DNA of 62,365 nt, the filler included, from Globobulimina sp. (Eukaryota): NCBI GenBank assembly GCA_003354225.1. It is 25 parts of 25 records of this genome, joined end to end, with 100 filler letters (N's around TTAATTAATTAA, not from the genome) between each part and the next. Parts side by side here need not be neighbours in the genome. Positions count along the whole stretch, not along the records: positions 59,969 to 62,365 come from PIVH01006920.1; 24 more parts are not named here. One strand, 5' to 3'. A model generated the notes under the pieces. The model ran no database searches. It saw only the letters and a list, made by a program, of their open reading frames with translations, and was not told the DNA's origin. The position numbers were made by a program, and so were the translations under genes. Of this stretch, positions 61,408-62,365 are shown in pieces (within the stretch, counting starts at the first letter, position 1; each line of letters opens with the position of its first letter).

Positions 61408-62190
61408 TTACGTAGCACTGCGAGTTGTATTTGTCCGAGTTGTAGTTGTTTGTTTCCTTAACAATGATGTTTTATAGGCATCACAATTTGCGAGCAACTC
61501 CCCAATTCTCCGTTTATTCGATCGAACTACACTTACCGGCAATTTATTATTCTTAAATTGCTTACTCAGTGCCTTCAATTTCTCATATTCATTGACTTCC
61601 GCCTTATCCTTATCCCGTTTTGAAAGCTTGCTATAATTTCGTGCGATGTTGGCATTATTATAAATATTATATATTGGCAATGGGCTCGGAATTTTAGAGC
61701 CATTGGCTAACGTTTTTGATTTCAAATTATTGCATTTTTTCGATTTAGTAGCATCGTTACGGATATCATCGGTGTCCTGTATGCTTCTGCAGACTATCGA
61801 GTGTATACACGGCTGTTCATTGTCATTCGCTGATTCCAGACTAGTTTTTCTTCGTTTTGTAGGTCTCTCTGCTTGATTGCTCTCATTATTTGTAGCTTGG
61901 TGATAGACGGATATTTGATGGTATTTATTGTTTTTATTATTATGGTTGTTATTGCTTCCATTGCTGGACTCGTCACTGTCATACATGTCTGAGTAGGATC
62001 TCTTTTTATTGTTTGAGTTTTCAAATTGATCCTGTTCCAGTTTCAATGTAAGGTATAATAATCCAACATGATTGGGATTAAACCCAACTGCTTTGGCGTA
62101 AACATCAAATAATAAACGATTATTGCCAGCCACGTATTTTCGCAATGTTGTCTTGAACATTGGGTCCAAATCTATCCACACTGTATTCAT
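61408..62190 (-). CDS. Hypothetical low-complexity, probably nuclear protein
   Basis: 260-aa ORF with N/S-rich tracts and NLS-like KKRS and PTKRRK. Confidence 0.5.
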   Translation of the reverse strand: MNTVWIDLDPMFKTTLRKYVAGNNRLLFDVYAKAVGFNPNHVGLLYLTLKLEQDQFENSNNKKRSYSDMYDSDESSNGSNNNHNNKNNKYHQISVYHQATNNESNQAERPTKRRKTSLESANDNEQPCIHSIVCRSIQDTDDIRNDATKSKKCNNLKSKTLANGSKIPSPLPIYNIYNNANIARNYSKLSKRDKDKAEVNEYEKLKALSKQFKNNKLPVSVVRSNKRRIGELLANCDAYKTSLLRKQTTTTRTNTTRSAT

Positions 62191-62365
62191 CAGTGTGCCA
62201 ATGTTGATTGTACAGATATTATGTTGCGATTAGTTCAAGCAAAGGGGGCAAATGGCTCAAAGTAGATAAGTGAATGCTAAGTTTAGCGCTTTTCCGTAAA
62301 ATGATGCTTGTCTAATTAAGTGCGATTATGCGTGGAAATCACATAATTCACATTTATCAAATTTA

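Noticed and set aside
1-62365. Ciliate-like stop-codon reassignment
   Set aside because: Long conserved genes translate cleanly with the standard code, and TAA and TGA end recognisable genes at expected positions; in-frame stops are sporadic.

Overview
This window is not one locus. It is 25 unrelated contigs of about 2.4 kb (2400 down to 2397 bp, length-sorted), joined by artificial 100-nt spacers (N-runs around TTAATTAATTAA). Gene neighbourhoods are therefore meaningful only within a contig. Most contigs are AT-rich eukaryotic DNA with short (mostly about 50-200 nt) GT-AG introns and the standard genetic code. The gene families (TRAF zinc finger, RGS, SAM fusions, RCC1/kelch, Cys-rich secreted repeats, HxDxSLEN kinases) suggest a rhizarian protist such as a foraminiferan; this is inference. 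Recognisable genes include eIF2-alpha, eIF6, Leo1, TRAPPC4, kinesin, cytochrome P450, ZIP/PiT/MFS/DMT transporters, GH25 lysozyme, PL7 alginate lyase, a PI-PLC-X-like protein and a sterol-methyltransferase-like protein. The standout is contig 49981-52377: an intronless, tightly packed cassette with an orphan ORF, a probable double-jelly-roll major capsid protein and an adenain-like maturation protease. It looks like a fragment of a Polinton-like virus or virophage-type element, with apparent internal deletions. The second highlight is an intron-containing gene encoding a RelA/SpoT-like nucleotidyltransferase fused to a SAM domain. All homology calls come from reading motifs by eye; no database search was run.
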